DNA of 32,607 nt from a virus (lineage: Duplodnaviria; Caudoviricetes): the IMG/VR virus record IMGVR_UViG_3300032301_000948, positions 1 through 32,607 of that record; one strand, 5' to 3'. How positions within the stretch are numbered: position 1 is the first letter of the stretch; the number at the start of each line of letters is the position of its first letter. The notes under the pieces are model-generated. The model was not told the DNA's origin and did not search any database. It saw only the letters and a list, made by a program, of their open reading frames with translations. Below are positions 7,480 through 17,059 of the stretch, one piece after another. The position numbers and the translations under genes were made by a program.

Positions 7480-8703
7480 ATGCCACCAGAAACCGAAACC
7501 CCCAAGGTCCCCACCACCGGAGGACAGGATGCCCGTGAATGGCTTTCCTACCACGGCATCGCACCCCGCAACGTGGGCATCCGCTCGTCCGACTACCGCT
7601 CGCTCCGCTCGTGCCCGTTCTCGTGGTACCTGAGCCGCCGCCTCGGGCTGGTCAAGGCCTCCCGCTACAGCGCGGCCCTGTCCCGTGGATCGTGGGCACA
7701 CCTTGCCTTCGCCGCCTACTCGCTGCGCAAGAACAAGGAAGCCGCCCTCGAGATGTACGAGAGCGTCATGGACCTGCGCCTGCAGGAACTCCGTGCCTAC
7801 GGTCGCACCGCCGGCCAGTCCGCTGAACTCATCCGTGAGATCCAGGAGCGCGAGGAGAAGGACGCCCGCACGGCGTGGGCCTGGTTCTCTGCCTCGATGA
7901 CTGTCCAGTTCAAGCTCGACGGCGAAGGCCCCACCGGCAAGTTGGGTGGGTGGGTTGACTTCGTGGACATCGTGGCGCAGGAGCCGATGCTCCGCTTCCA
8001 AGACTGCGTCATCCAGCCCGACGCGCTCATCAAGTTCCCGAACAAGCCCAAGGACTTGTGGATCGTTGACTTCAAGACCACAAGCGGCAGTGCAACCGAG
8101 CGACTGCAGGCATGCCCCATCGAGTTCCAGACACAGCACTACTTCCACGTGATGAACCAACTGGATCTCGCGGAGTACAACGCCGAGCGCCTGGGTGGCG
8201 TGATCCACATTGCGGTGCAGAAGCCGACCATCGAGTTCGGCATGAAGGACCGCCCGTTCACGCTCGACACCAGCCCGCTCAAGTCTGGTCCGCGCAAGGG
8301 TGAACCGCGCAACGAGAAGGTGTTTGTTGGTGAGCCGGATCCCGCCCTCTACGAGCAGCGATGCTACGAGTGGTATACGGGCACGGGTGAGTATCTACAT
8401 ATGGAGCCCGAGCGACTCACCAATCCGTGCGTCAACATTTCCTACACTTCCGCGACACATTTGCTTGATACCAAGCTGATCACGCAGTATCATGAGCGCC
8501 TCAAGTTTTGCCGTTCATATGCGAACCGCGAACCCTATCCGGACAACTTCGAAATGGGCGACCCGATCCAAGGCACTGGCACGCCGAGCGTGTACCTGCC
8601 GTTCATGATGACCGACCCTGTTGTGTGGCCGGACATCGTGCGTCAGGAGAACTTTGTGCAGCGTGACCGAGACGACGCAGTCCCCGAAGGAGACATGGCA
8701 TGA
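7480..8703 (+). CDS. PD-(D/E)XK nuclease (RecB/Cas4-like exonuclease)
   Basis: AGGAG RBS before ATG 7480; N-terminal S.S...L.SCP..WY and GSWAH helix; catalytic PD...IVDFKT and Q..HY. Confidence 0.85.
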   Translation: MPPETETPKVPTTGGQDAREWLSYHGIAPRNVGIRSSDYRSLRSCPFSWYLSRRLGLVKASRYSAALSRGSWAHLAFAAYSLRKNKEAALEMYESVMDLRLQELRAYGRTAGQSAELIREIQEREEKDARTAWAWFSASMTVQFKLDGEGPTGKLGGWVDFVDIVAQEPMLRFQDCVIQPDALIKFPNKPKDLWIVDFKTTSGSATERLQACPIEFQTQHYFHVMNQLDLAEYNAERLGGVIHIAVQKPTIEFGMKDRPFTLDTSPLKSGPRKGEPRNEKVFVGEPDPALYEQRCYEWYTGTGEYLHMEPERLTNPCVNISYTSATHLLDTKLITQYHERLKFCRSYANREPYPDNFEMGDPIQGTGTPSVYLPFMMTDPVVWPDIVRQENFVQRDRDDAVPEGDMA

Positions 8704-9104
8704 GCAACCGAGTCAACCCGTTCACCTACTTCCAGCAAGAAATCCTTGAGCAGGTGATCCAGCCGAAGATCGCGAAGATTGTTACGGAGCATGATGACAT
8801 CACGTCACGCTCAAGCCTCCTCAACATCTTCAACAACGAGCACAAGTGCAACATCTCTATGTGCGTGTTTGCCGAATGGTGTGAAGATATCGGCATCACA
8901 TTCGAGAAGAAGATGGTCGTCAACATCCCTGGCTACCGACCTGTAGCCCGTGAGATACAGCCGGTCAGCCAGGAATCTGCGGACGAATCCGTCTCTGCCC
9001 AGTTTGATGATCCACGACCAATGCCGGATGCTCCGGCTGTCTACATGGGAGGAGAGAGGATGATTCTCCCCGGTGGAATGCGCGCACCTACCTTCCTCGA
9101 TTAA
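8700..9104 (+). CDS. Hypothetical protein
   Basis: 134 aa; AGGAG upstream; ATGA overlap with the nuclease stop. Confidence 0.7.
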   Translation: MSNRVNPFTYFQQEILEQVIQPKIAKIVTEHDDITSRSSLLNIFNNEHKCNISMCVFAEWCEDIGITFEKKMVVNIPGYRPVAREIQPVSQESADESVSAQFDDPRPMPDAPAVYMGGERMILPGGMRAPTFLD

Positions 9105-9113
9105 GGCGACATC

Positions 9114-10013
9114 ATGACACACGCCCTTGCTACTGGTAAGACCCTTGCTTCCAAATACCCTTCCCTCGGCGCTTCGGTGGTCACTGGCCGCGTCCCTCTT
9201 GGGCGCATGCTCGGCTTGGTTGTTGGCGAAGCAGGCTCTGGCAAATCGTTCCTCCTTCAGTCCAATCCCAATGCCTTCATCATCAACCTCGACGAGACGC
9301 CCGCTGTTTGCTCGACGAGCGAGGCAGTGATGTGGCCGACTCCCGGCGTCGATGGCCGGGCGCAGGACGAGCGGGGCAACCCTATGGTGCTGTCGTGGAA
9401 GTTGGTCGAGGAGAAGCACAAGCAGTTGATTGACCTTGCCGTCCGTAATCAGCCGCGCCCCGAAACCGTGGTCATCGACACTCTCGGTGCTGCCATCCGA
9501 CTGCTGCGTCCGCACATCGCCAGCCTGTACGGTCGCGAGAAGTTCACCGATGTCGACGGACGGCTGGGCTGGGAGCGCCTGTTTGATACCCTGATCGAGT
9601 TCGGTGCATCGCTGCGCCGTCATGGTTACGGTGTCTTCTACATCGCGCACCTGTCCCGCAAGCACATCCCGCTCTCCGAAAACCAGCACGTTGAGGAGTA
9701 CAAGATCCTCATCTCGGACGGCCTGTACGCACGCATGTTCCCCATGTTCGATCTGGTTGTCCCCATCACCACCACCTGGGATGTCATTGAGGAATCCCGC
9801 GAGGTCGAGGTGAAGGTCGGCGACCGCATCATCAAGAAGACCAACGTCAGCAGCAAAAAGGTGCGCCATCACTTTGCCACGTTCTCGAACCCAAAGCTCG
9901 AGGGCATCGCAAAGGTCCGCACCATGCAGCCCATGGAAACCCTGAAGCTTCCCCCGGAAGCAGCATGGGCTGCACTTCAGTCTGCGTATGACGCGGCGAA
10001 CGCGCCCCGCTGA
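9114..10013 (+). CDS. P-loop ATPase, AAA_24/Sak4-like phage recombinase
   Basis: Walker A GEAGSGKS, Walker B VVIDT, FYIAH strand and AKVR motif; sits between the exonuclease and an SSB-like gene. Confidence 0.8.
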   Translation: MTHALATGKTLASKYPSLGASVVTGRVPLGRMLGLVVGEAGSGKSFLLQSNPNAFIINLDETPAVCSTSEAVMWPTPGVDGRAQDERGNPMVLSWKLVEEKHKQLIDLAVRNQPRPETVVIDTLGAAIRLLRPHIASLYGREKFTDVDGRLGWERLFDTLIEFGASLRRHGYGVFYIAHLSRKHIPLSENQHVEEYKILISDGLYARMFPMFDLVVPITTTWDVIEESREVEVKVGDRIIKKTNVSSKKVRHHFATFSNPKLEGIAKVRTMQPMETLKLPPEAAWAALQSAYDAANAPR

Positions 10014-10033
10014 CGCGGGGGGCGCGTGTCGCC
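9995..10033 (+). terminator. GC-rich hairpin over the ATPase stop followed by a pyrimidine tract
   Basis: GGCGA-ACGCGCCCCGC-TGAC-GCGGGGGGCGCGT-GTCGCC then TCTCTCCTACTGTTTCTGTTTCTC. Confidence 0.45.
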
Positions 10034-10084
10034 TCTCTCCTACTGTTTCTGTTTCTCTTCTCACCACTCTTATCGGAGTCCGTT

Positions 10085-10612
10085 ATGCCTATTGACAACA
10101 AGGTCAAGACCGTTTTCGCCGCCCTCAACAACAACTTCCAGGCCGTTCAGGCTGACTCGGGCCTCGGCTCGCTCGGCTGGTGGCCGGAAGAGGGTAACCA
10201 CGACTGCCTCGTCACCGACGTGAACATGCAGGAAAGCACCTTCAAGCAGAAAGACGGCCAGACGTTCCCCGGTTATGAGATCCAGTTCTCATATCAGCTC
10301 ATCAATGATCCGGGTCAGGACGAGCCGCGCCGCTGGGTGGGTGCCCCCATCCGCCTGCCGGCCGACATGAACGCCCTGACCGACCAGGGTGCCAAGACCC
10401 GTGCAGAGATCGAGCTGCGCCGCCTCAAGGGCCACCTCACCACCTGCCTGCGCCGCGAGCCGCAGGATATCGGAACCGCACTTGCCGACCTGTCGCACCG
10501 TCTGGAAACTACCGACGCTGTGATTGCTGTTGTCGTCAAGTGCCAGTACGATACGGCCAAGGACGGACGGCAGTACCGCAAGGAGTTCCTGCAGAAGACG
10601 CTGTCTGCCTGA
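10085..10612 (+). CDS. Putative single-stranded DNA-binding protein (DUF669-like)
   Basis: GGAG RBS; PEEGNHDCLVTDV..OB-like strand pattern; position after the Sak4-like ATPase. Lacks an acidic tail. Confidence 0.5.
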   Translation: MPIDNKVKTVFAALNNNFQAVQADSGLGSLGWWPEEGNHDCLVTDVNMQESTFKQKDGQTFPGYEIQFSYQLINDPGQDEPRRWVGAPIRLPADMNALTDQGAKTRAEIELRRLKGHLTTCLRREPQDIGTALADLSHRLETTDAVIAVVVKCQYDTAKDGRQYRKEFLQKTLSA

Positions 10613-10623
10613 CCCTACCAAGC

Positions 10624-10732
10624 CCCACCAGCCGGGGAGGGGGAGTTCCCACAAGGAGCCCCCTCCCCTCATTGGTGGGTACGAACCCCCGGATAGGGGC
10701 CCCGTGTCGATGAAAATCCACGGGGCCCTTTC
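10624..10732 (+). terminator. Two tandem GC-rich stem-loops after the recombination module
   Basis: CCCACCA/TGGTGGG enclosing GGGGAGGGGG/CCCCCTCCCC (10624-10679); GGGCCCCGTG/CACGGGGCCC (10697-10728) followed by a short TTTC. Confidence 0.6.
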
Positions 10733-10756
10733 ACTACTTACCTTTAGGATGAGGGT

Positions 10757-11239
10757 ATGCCTTACGAATCCACCATCGTTGTTTCGATTCCTGACCAAGG
10801 TTCGTATCAGGACATCAAGGAACACATCTCGGCCACCACCAGCCTGCACGGCCTTGAGCCAGACCGCTGGTCCATCTGCGTCACGAGCGAAGACAACTCC
10901 TCGTGGGGTTTTATTTACTACACGCATCCCTCACCCGCCGTCCTTGACCGCATGAATTTCAGCTGGAATCAGCGGTTTCCAGAATGCGCCATCGAGCGTG
11001 TCCACCGGATCACACAGCCCAAGTTCTTCGAGGACATGGTCAACAAGACCCAGTCCGGCATGATCGGCATTGGCATGGTCCAGCACCTAATCGACCTGAG
11101 CAGCAAGGGCGTCACCACCACCGGCATGATCGACTGGATGAACGACGTCCGCAGGGATAGCCTGATGATCCTCGGTACTCTTCAGAAGGTGCGGGAGGCA
11201 CCCTATGAACCAGGAAAGAACACAGAGACTTACCCTTGA
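10757..11239 (+). CDS. Hypothetical protein
   Basis: 160 aa; GAGG upstream; codon style like the core genes. Confidence 0.7.
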   Translation: MPYESTIVVSIPDQGSYQDIKEHISATTSLHGLEPDRWSICVTSEDNSSWGFIYYTHPSPAVLDRMNFSWNQRFPECAIERVHRITQPKFFEDMVNKTQSGMIGIGMVQHLIDLSSKGVTTTGMIDWMNDVRRDSLMILGTLQKVREAPYEPGKNTETYP

Positions 11240-11702
11240 AACGGGCTGGGCGGCCTCCAGGGGCGGTCGGATGGAGACACCCCGTCTCTACCTCAACACC
11301 ACTATCCCCCGCCTCTGGATGCCATCCCGCCACCGTAAACGGGGAACCTCCTACCTACTGACCTGCGAGTTCCCCACCCACCCCCGACGCTGGTGGGTCC
11401 TTTGCAGGTACAACATAGCACCGGATCGACCCCCACCCGAGGAGCTCGTGGGGCCATACGAGACCGGACCCTTCACCGTCCGCCACGCCGCTAACACCTA
11501 CACCCGCACCTGGGCCACCGGGGAGGACATCCACATGTCCACCACCCTCAACCGCCGGACCGTCTCCCAGGTCGCCGAGGCGTGCCCCGGCCTGAACCCC
11601 CTCTGGGTCGGATCGAGGTTCGTGGACCGGGCAATCCTGGGTGCGGTGCGTTGGCATAATGTCCCTGGGGTTGTCGAGTTCTGGATGCCACTAAGCCAGT
11701 AG
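11205..11702 (+). CDS. Hypothetical Trp/Pro/Arg-rich protein
   Basis: GGAGG RBS 7 nt before ATG; last + strand gene; its 3' end overlaps the convergent gene by 12 nt. Confidence 0.55.
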   Translation: MNQERTQRLTLETGWAASRGGRMETPRLYLNTTIPRLWMPSRHRKRGTSYLLTCEFPTHPRRWWVLCRYNIAPDRPPPEELVGPYETGPFTVRHAANTYTRTWATGEDIHMSTTLNRRTVSQVAEACPGLNPLWVGSRFVDRAILGAVRWHNVPGVVEFWMPLSQ

Positions 11703-12383
11703 CCCGTTGAGTTCATTGTTTCGGCGGGCAACTGAATTCCAAAACATAATTCCCGTTTCAGGTGATTCTTGAAGGAAACGTATTACGTCATTCAAGTAAT
11801 CGCCCTGTGGGTATTTGTTCTCAAGTTGCTTCAGATGTTCAATCAACTCTTGTGGATTTTCTGCTGATGGATACTTCTTGCTGTTCTGGAATCTTTGCAG
11901 TTTCAATTGAGCAATGTATGCAGGAAGTTCAGCTGAAGAAATCGCGTGAGAATCATCACCAAGAAACTCTTTGTTTCCAAGAGTATCTACTGGCTGTCTC
12001 TCAATCTTTTTAGTTCCAGGAGTGTCTCCACTTCCAATAGAGTGCTGGACTTCGTGCATGATCAACGACAAGTTTTTCTTTATAGGATCATTGTCAGATC
12101 CATATAGATCGTTCCGAAGATGAATTGTCGGAAGGTCATTGCGATTGACCATAGCGCGAGCAAAGTTGTGTTCCATTGGCTTCACCTCAATAGGTGATTC
12201 CATGAATTTATCAGAGTAATCCGGAGTACGCATGTAATCGTGCAATGGATTTTCTGATTGATACTTGCGTGCTTTCTTCAAGATTTCAGGCGCAAGATCA
12301 CCATATGCCAAGTCATAGATTTCAGATGGAGTCGTAGTAGTCGACAGCCTTGATTGCGCAAACTTTTTTGAAGGTGTGTCCAT
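11691..12383 (-). CDS. HExxH metallopeptidase-like protein, AT-rich
   Basis: LIMHEVQHSI plus downstream SAELPAY (gluzincin-like third ligand); starts 2 nt after the large virion gene stop. Confidence 0.7.
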   Translation of the reverse strand: MDTPSKKFAQSRLSTTTTPSEIYDLAYGDLAPEILKKARKYQSENPLHDYMRTPDYSDKFMESPIEVKPMEHNFARAMVNRNDLPTIHLRNDLYGSDNDPIKKNLSLIMHEVQHSIGSGDTPGTKKIERQPVDTLGNKEFLGDDSHAISSAELPAYIAQLKLQRFQNSKKYPSAENPQELIEHLKQLENKYPQGDYLNDVIRFLQESPETGIMFWNSVARRNNELNGLLA

Positions 12384-12385
12384 GG

Positions 12386-15300
12386 CTATCTCTTCGGTAG
12401 ATTCGACCAGACGTACATAGCACCCTGCTCAAGCGGCATCTGTGCGTTGAGCATGGCCTGCGGCACAGATCCCTGCAGCACATCCTGGTACTGCTGCTGG
12501 AGATCCTTGTCCATGGACTTAAGGGTGCGGGCCGCAACGCTTTCCTCGCGCACGCGAGCAGCCTCTCGCATCTGCTGCTGCGTCACCGTGAGGGGCATCC
12601 CGAACTGACGCTCGTAGTTGGTCTTGATCTTCTGTGCCTGGCTCATGTTGTTGCCAAGCACCGAAGCAATCCACTCGCGACGCTGATCGCGCATCTGATC
12701 GCGGTTCTTCAGGAGGAACTGAGTCACCTCGCCCTGGTTCTGGAACCGACCCATGTCAGTGCCCATTGCACGCAGCACAATGTCTGACCCCGAGTACATG
12801 CCCAGCATGCGACCGTTGTTGTCAAACACCGGCACATTGCCTTCGGCATCCTGTTGATCCCACCCCGCGTACCGCTTCTGCAACCCAAGGGCCTGAAGCG
12901 TCTCGCTCTTAGGAAGCCCACCAAGAGCACGGCTGATCGACACGCCGCCGGGAATAATCATCGGCACCACATCGCTCAGAATCTCTTTGTCCCCACCAGC
13001 CATGAAAGAGCGGACGCCCGAGTACATGGCATCGGCAAACGGCGGGACAGGAACCATCAGCTCCTTGTCTTTCTCGACATCAACGTCCGGCACAAACCCA
13101 ACCGCAAGTCCGCGGCTCAAGTCTGCGCCCAGCATGTTCTTGCCGACCTCGTAGGCAATTGCCGACACGCCAAGCATGCGCATGGTGTCAATGCCCTTGG
13201 TTCCGATCCAACCCTTGCGAGTCACTTCCTTCCCAAGAACAGTGCGCGAGCCACCGACGATGTCTGGCATCGTCAGGATGTTGACTCCCGAGCGCACCGG
13301 GAACTGCATGAACTGCCTGATGGCGGGATTCGACAGGAACCCCTTGTAGAACATGATCGGTCGGTTCAGAGGACTGCTGCCGAACTGCATAGCCTCGACC
13401 GCCGAACGCGCTTCCTGCTGCGCGCGGAACGGGTCATATATGTTACGACGACCACCCATCTTCCAGCCTTCTTCGGCAGCGTTGAGCACCGCGTTTCCGG
13501 TAGCAAGACGGTTTACCATTTCCGTCAGCTGGAATGGCTTCATCACCGCCTCAAACACGCCGCCCCTGCTGGTTGCCAACTGGGCACCAAAGCCAGGCTT
13601 CTCCACCGCATCCCACGCACTACCAATGTCAGCAATTTCGCGCATCCTGACGTTGACCCCACCAGCAAGCTTGCGGGACATGGTTGCGTCCATCGCCGCT
13701 TCAATCTGTTCTGGGCTTGCACCACGACCCAGGCGCGCACGCTCCTGCCCGTACTTGTACATCTGCTCAATGGTCTGGGCGTAGGCCTTGGCCGTGTTCT
13801 TGAAACCCAACTGGTGCAGGTTGTGCAGCGGCTGCAGCAGATTGGTTAGTGACGTGTTGAGGTTCAAGCCGATGGTCGAACCGTAAAACATCGAAGCCAC
13901 GCTGCTGCCAAGGTCGGTCGAACTTCCAGGTGCGGAAGTTCCAAACCGACGCATCCCGCGCACAAACCGCTCAGCCACACCGCCGTTGGATTCAACCGCC
14001 TTGAAGAAATCGCTGTTGGCCAGAGAAAGCGTGTGGCCCTTAAGCCACATTGACATTCCACGCGCCGCACCATCCTCAACCGGCCGATACCCAAACACCG
14101 CCGGCAAGACGTGCTGCCGCAAGGAACTGGGCAGGTACGCGTCCGCACCCATCTGATCCTCGAGCGACTTCATCTGCGTCTCGACAATGTCATGAAGCGA
14201 GAATCCGCCAGCAGGACGCTCCTCCTGACCAGCAGCCCAGATGCGACGCCACGCGCCCGCGCCCTTCTCCTCGCCGGTGGGGGCTGGGTACCGCACATTC
14301 GTGCGACCGATGCTGAAATCCTTCAGTGCCGCAATGATGTTCTTGTTTTCAAGCGGATCGTCGGCAAACATCACCGCATCGCGCGCGCTCGAGACGATGT
14401 ACTTCTGAAGCGCAATGTCCGGCGCAATCCGGTGCACCTTGTAGTTGCCCCGCACGTCCATCTTCTTCTGGCGGATCACGCTTGCATTTGAGAAGGTAAT
14501 GGCGTCATTCAGTTCGGGAGTCTGTCCGTACCGATCAGCCATGAACTCCAGATCGTGCGGATCAATCGGGATGAGGTTCCGGGTGCGGAACTTCGTGCGG
14601 CTTGACGGTTCAATCTTTCGGCCAAGACCCTCAACGAAGGAGCCAGGCCGCGAGAACGGGCTGGGCTCAACCTCAACACGGGAACTGCCAGTGTCGTTGA
14701 AGACGGCTGCGGTGTTTCTCGGAAGGTAGTACGGGTCGTTGAGCATGATCTCATACGTCTCGACCAGCAGACTTTTGAGGTCCTTGGCAGTCATGCCGCG
14801 ACCTGGGTTCTTCTTGCCGTACTGCACGATCATCCCGGCAATGTCGTTGCCAAGGATCTCGTTGACTACGTTTGCCTCGTCGTAGTTGAGGCGTCCGTCC
14901 TTGCCAATGAGTCCCTGCTTCTCGGCATCGTTGATGACACCGCGGGCAATCCGAAGGATCTTGTTGTCATCCTTGATGAACTCGCCCGTCCTGCCGTAGT
15001 GCTCTTCGTTGCCATACACCTTGACCTTGATCTTGGTGCGCATCTTCTGCGCGCCGTCAATCAAGTCCTGCAGGCCAAACTCTTGAATATCCCGGTTCAA
15101 CTGCGCGATGTCCCCCACCATCTGGCCGCGAGTGTGCGAGGCAATCTCAACGTCGATGCCGGAATGGAGTGCTGAGTCGCCGCGCACGCGGGTGGTGGGG
15201 TCAACAAGCTGGAAGCTGCGGAACGTGCCGTCACGCTGCGCTTCCATGCTCTGCGATTCGACCGTTGACCGAGTCATGAAATCGCCGGACCAGCCAAGTT

Positions 15301-16102
15301 CACCGTTGTCGTCAACGGTCATCTTGATGTTGTTCATGTCGCTGGCGTGAGCCTTCTCGAACTTGTCAAACTGCTCCTTGCCAACACTGATCCATTCCTT
15401 GTGCTCTTTGCCAGCCGAATCCTTCCACCTGGTCAGGACTTCGTGCCGCATGGGAACAACGCCAGCAACTTCCTTGTACTCAACAGACTTGTCAAATCCA
15501 GTAAGGCGTGCATTCAGCGCTGTACGGATGATTTTCAAATCTTCCGCAGCCGCAGCACTTGGCGCCATATCCGGGTCAAGACTTGTGATCTTGGTGCCGT
15601 GCTTCTCGCTCAGGATGTTGAGAACCTTACGAACACCACCGCTGACTTCCTTGCTAAAGTCGTTGTGGTACTGCTTCATCTGCCCGGGGATTCCCTCAAG
15701 CAGCGCATTGAGCGGCGTACCGTGAAGCTCCTGTGCTGCGCTGAGCGCGCGGATGCTTCGCAGGAACGGCCACTTGCCGCGCGCCCACTGGCCGTACCCA
15801 CCAGCCTCAATGCCGCCAAGGAAGAACCGCCCGCTCTTGGCAAAGTTCTTGGAAGCCATGGCCCCACCAGCAATGAACGCCAGCCAGGTCAGCGGGTTGC
15901 CAAGCACATCAATCGCCGTATCGACAATCGGGTTGCCGCCAGTCGACTTCTTCAGTTCTGAGGTGTACGTCTCTCGCTCGCGAGGCGACAGCGCCGCAGG
16001 GTCAAACATGGCTCTGCGGACGCTGTCGGTTGTCGCAATCCCGTTCCCAAGCTGGGTCAGGATGACGGCCGGCTTGTCGTAAATCCGGATCGGATCAAAC
16101 AT
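12386..16102 (-). CDS. Large internal virion / DNA ejection protein
   Basis: 1238 aa, helical, GGAGG RBS; positioned near the end of the podovirus-like morphogenesis operon. Confidence 0.65.
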   Translation of the reverse strand: MFDPIRIYDKPAVILTQLGNGIATTDSVRRAMFDPAALSPRERETYTSELKKSTGGNPIVDTAIDVLGNPLTWLAFIAGGAMASKNFAKSGRFFLGGIEAGGYGQWARGKWPFLRSIRALSAAQELHGTPLNALLEGIPGQMKQYHNDFSKEVSGGVRKVLNILSEKHGTKITSLDPDMAPSAAAAEDLKIIRTALNARLTGFDKSVEYKEVAGVVPMRHEVLTRWKDSAGKEHKEWISVGKEQFDKFEKAHASDMNNIKMTVDDNGELGWSGDFMTRSTVESQSMEAQRDGTFRSFQLVDPTTRVRGDSALHSGIDVEIASHTRGQMVGDIAQLNRDIQEFGLQDLIDGAQKMRTKIKVKVYGNEEHYGRTGEFIKDDNKILRIARGVINDAEKQGLIGKDGRLNYDEANVVNEILGNDIAGMIVQYGKKNPGRGMTAKDLKSLLVETYEIMLNDPYYLPRNTAAVFNDTGSSRVEVEPSPFSRPGSFVEGLGRKIEPSSRTKFRTRNLIPIDPHDLEFMADRYGQTPELNDAITFSNASVIRQKKMDVRGNYKVHRIAPDIALQKYIVSSARDAVMFADDPLENKNIIAALKDFSIGRTNVRYPAPTGEEKGAGAWRRIWAAGQEERPAGGFSLHDIVETQMKSLEDQMGADAYLPSSLRQHVLPAVFGYRPVEDGAARGMSMWLKGHTLSLANSDFFKAVESNGGVAERFVRGMRRFGTSAPGSSTDLGSSVASMFYGSTIGLNLNTSLTNLLQPLHNLHQLGFKNTAKAYAQTIEQMYKYGQERARLGRGASPEQIEAAMDATMSRKLAGGVNVRMREIADIGSAWDAVEKPGFGAQLATSRGGVFEAVMKPFQLTEMVNRLATGNAVLNAAEEGWKMGGRRNIYDPFRAQQEARSAVEAMQFGSSPLNRPIMFYKGFLSNPAIRQFMQFPVRSGVNILTMPDIVGGSRTVLGKEVTRKGWIGTKGIDTMRMLGVSAIAYEVGKNMLGADLSRGLAVGFVPDVDVEKDKELMVPVPPFADAMYSGVRSFMAGGDKEILSDVVPMIIPGGVSISRALGGLPKSETLQALGLQKRYAGWDQQDAEGNVPVFDNNGRMLGMYSGSDIVLRAMGTDMGRFQNQGEVTQFLLKNRDQMRDQRREWIASVLGNNMSQAQKIKTNYERQFGMPLTVTQQQMREAARVREESVAARTLKSMDKDLQQQYQDVLQGSVPQAMLNAQMPLEQGAMYVWSNLPKR

Positions 16103-16116
16103 CCGTTACCTCCCGA

Positions 16117-16584
16117 TTAGGCGGGACGGTAGCGGAGATAAACGCCAACAACGGCAGCCGTGCTGGTAGCAGTAGTGGTCACGTTGATGCCAATGACAGA
16201 GCCAGCCGGAACAACGGGAGGAAGAAGAGTGTCGACCGAACCGTAAGTCGTGGCCGTGTCAATCGGAAGACTATTGTTGGCAGACGCAGCGAGAGTAGAA
16301 CCAGTTGCAGTCAGAGCAGCACCAAGAGTGGTCGTCAGATCAGCGGTAACAGCAATGCTCTGCGTTCCATACGCAGCGCGAATCGTGCAACCTGTAACTG
16401 CACCAGCGCCCGTAACCACAACCATCTCAAGGACGCGCACGGGCTCATTGAAAACCGCAACCTTGATGTGGCCGGCGGCGAGAGTGCCAGAGCCACCAAT
16501 CAAAGTTCCGGCCAGAAGTGAGCTGAGGGGAATGTACTGGTAGATGTCGGTGGGACGAAATTCAATCGGGGAAACAGTTGCCAT
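16117..16584 (-). CDS. Small beta-rich virion protein (decoration-like)
   Basis: Ala/Thr/Val/Gly-rich 155 aa; AGGA upstream; similar to its neighbour. Confidence 0.6.
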   Translation of the reverse strand: MATVSPIEFRPTDIYQYIPLSSLLAGTLIGGSGTLAAGHIKVAVFNEPVRVLEMVVVTGAGAVTGCTIRAAYGTQSIAVTADLTTTLGAALTATGSTLAASANNSLPIDTATTYGSVDTLLPPVVPAGSVIGINVTTTATSTAAVVGVYLRYRPA

Positions 16585-16611
16585 GTGAGTGTCCTGTGGT
16601 GGGGTGTGCGA

Positions 16612-17034
16612 TTACTTGAGTCGAGAACGGAAGCGGATGGTCACGCAGCCATGAGTGTTGGCCTGAGCGGCATCAAACTTGAGCATGAGCCAGCTGCCAG
16701 CCGGAACAAAGTTGTTGCTCGTGTTGATGGTGGGGATAGTCGTGCCAAGCGCGTTAACGGAAGTAGTAGCAGTTTGAATCGACACAAATCCGCTCGTTGC
16801 ATCAACAGTTGTAGCGTGCACTACTTCGACGGTTTCAGCAGTGCCTTCGACCACCGAGATGCCGATTGCAATGCTGTCAACGACAATGCCGGTGCCGTTG
16901 CTAGAACGCGGTTCGACGTACATGAACGGAACCGTATTTGCTGCAGTGGCTTCAAACGTGTGGTTGAAGGGAACGGTCACGATCTGGAAGTAGTCGGGGT
17001 AGTGCTCGTTGGGAAGAGTGGGTTCGCCAGGCAT
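16612..17034 (-). CDS. Small beta-rich virion protein (decoration-like), likely paralog of 16117-16584
   Basis: AGGAG RBS; shared VPAGS and C-terminal strand pattern. Confidence 0.6.
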   Translation of the reverse strand: MPGEPTLPNEHYPDYFQIVTVPFNHTFEATAANTVPFMYVEPRSSNGTGIVVDSIAIGISVVEGTAETVEVVHATTVDATSGFVSIQTATTSVNALGTTIPTINTSNNFVPAGSWLMLKFDAAQANTHGCVTIRFRSRLK

Positions 17035-17059
17035 GAGTGTCTCCTAATGGGTGTTTATA

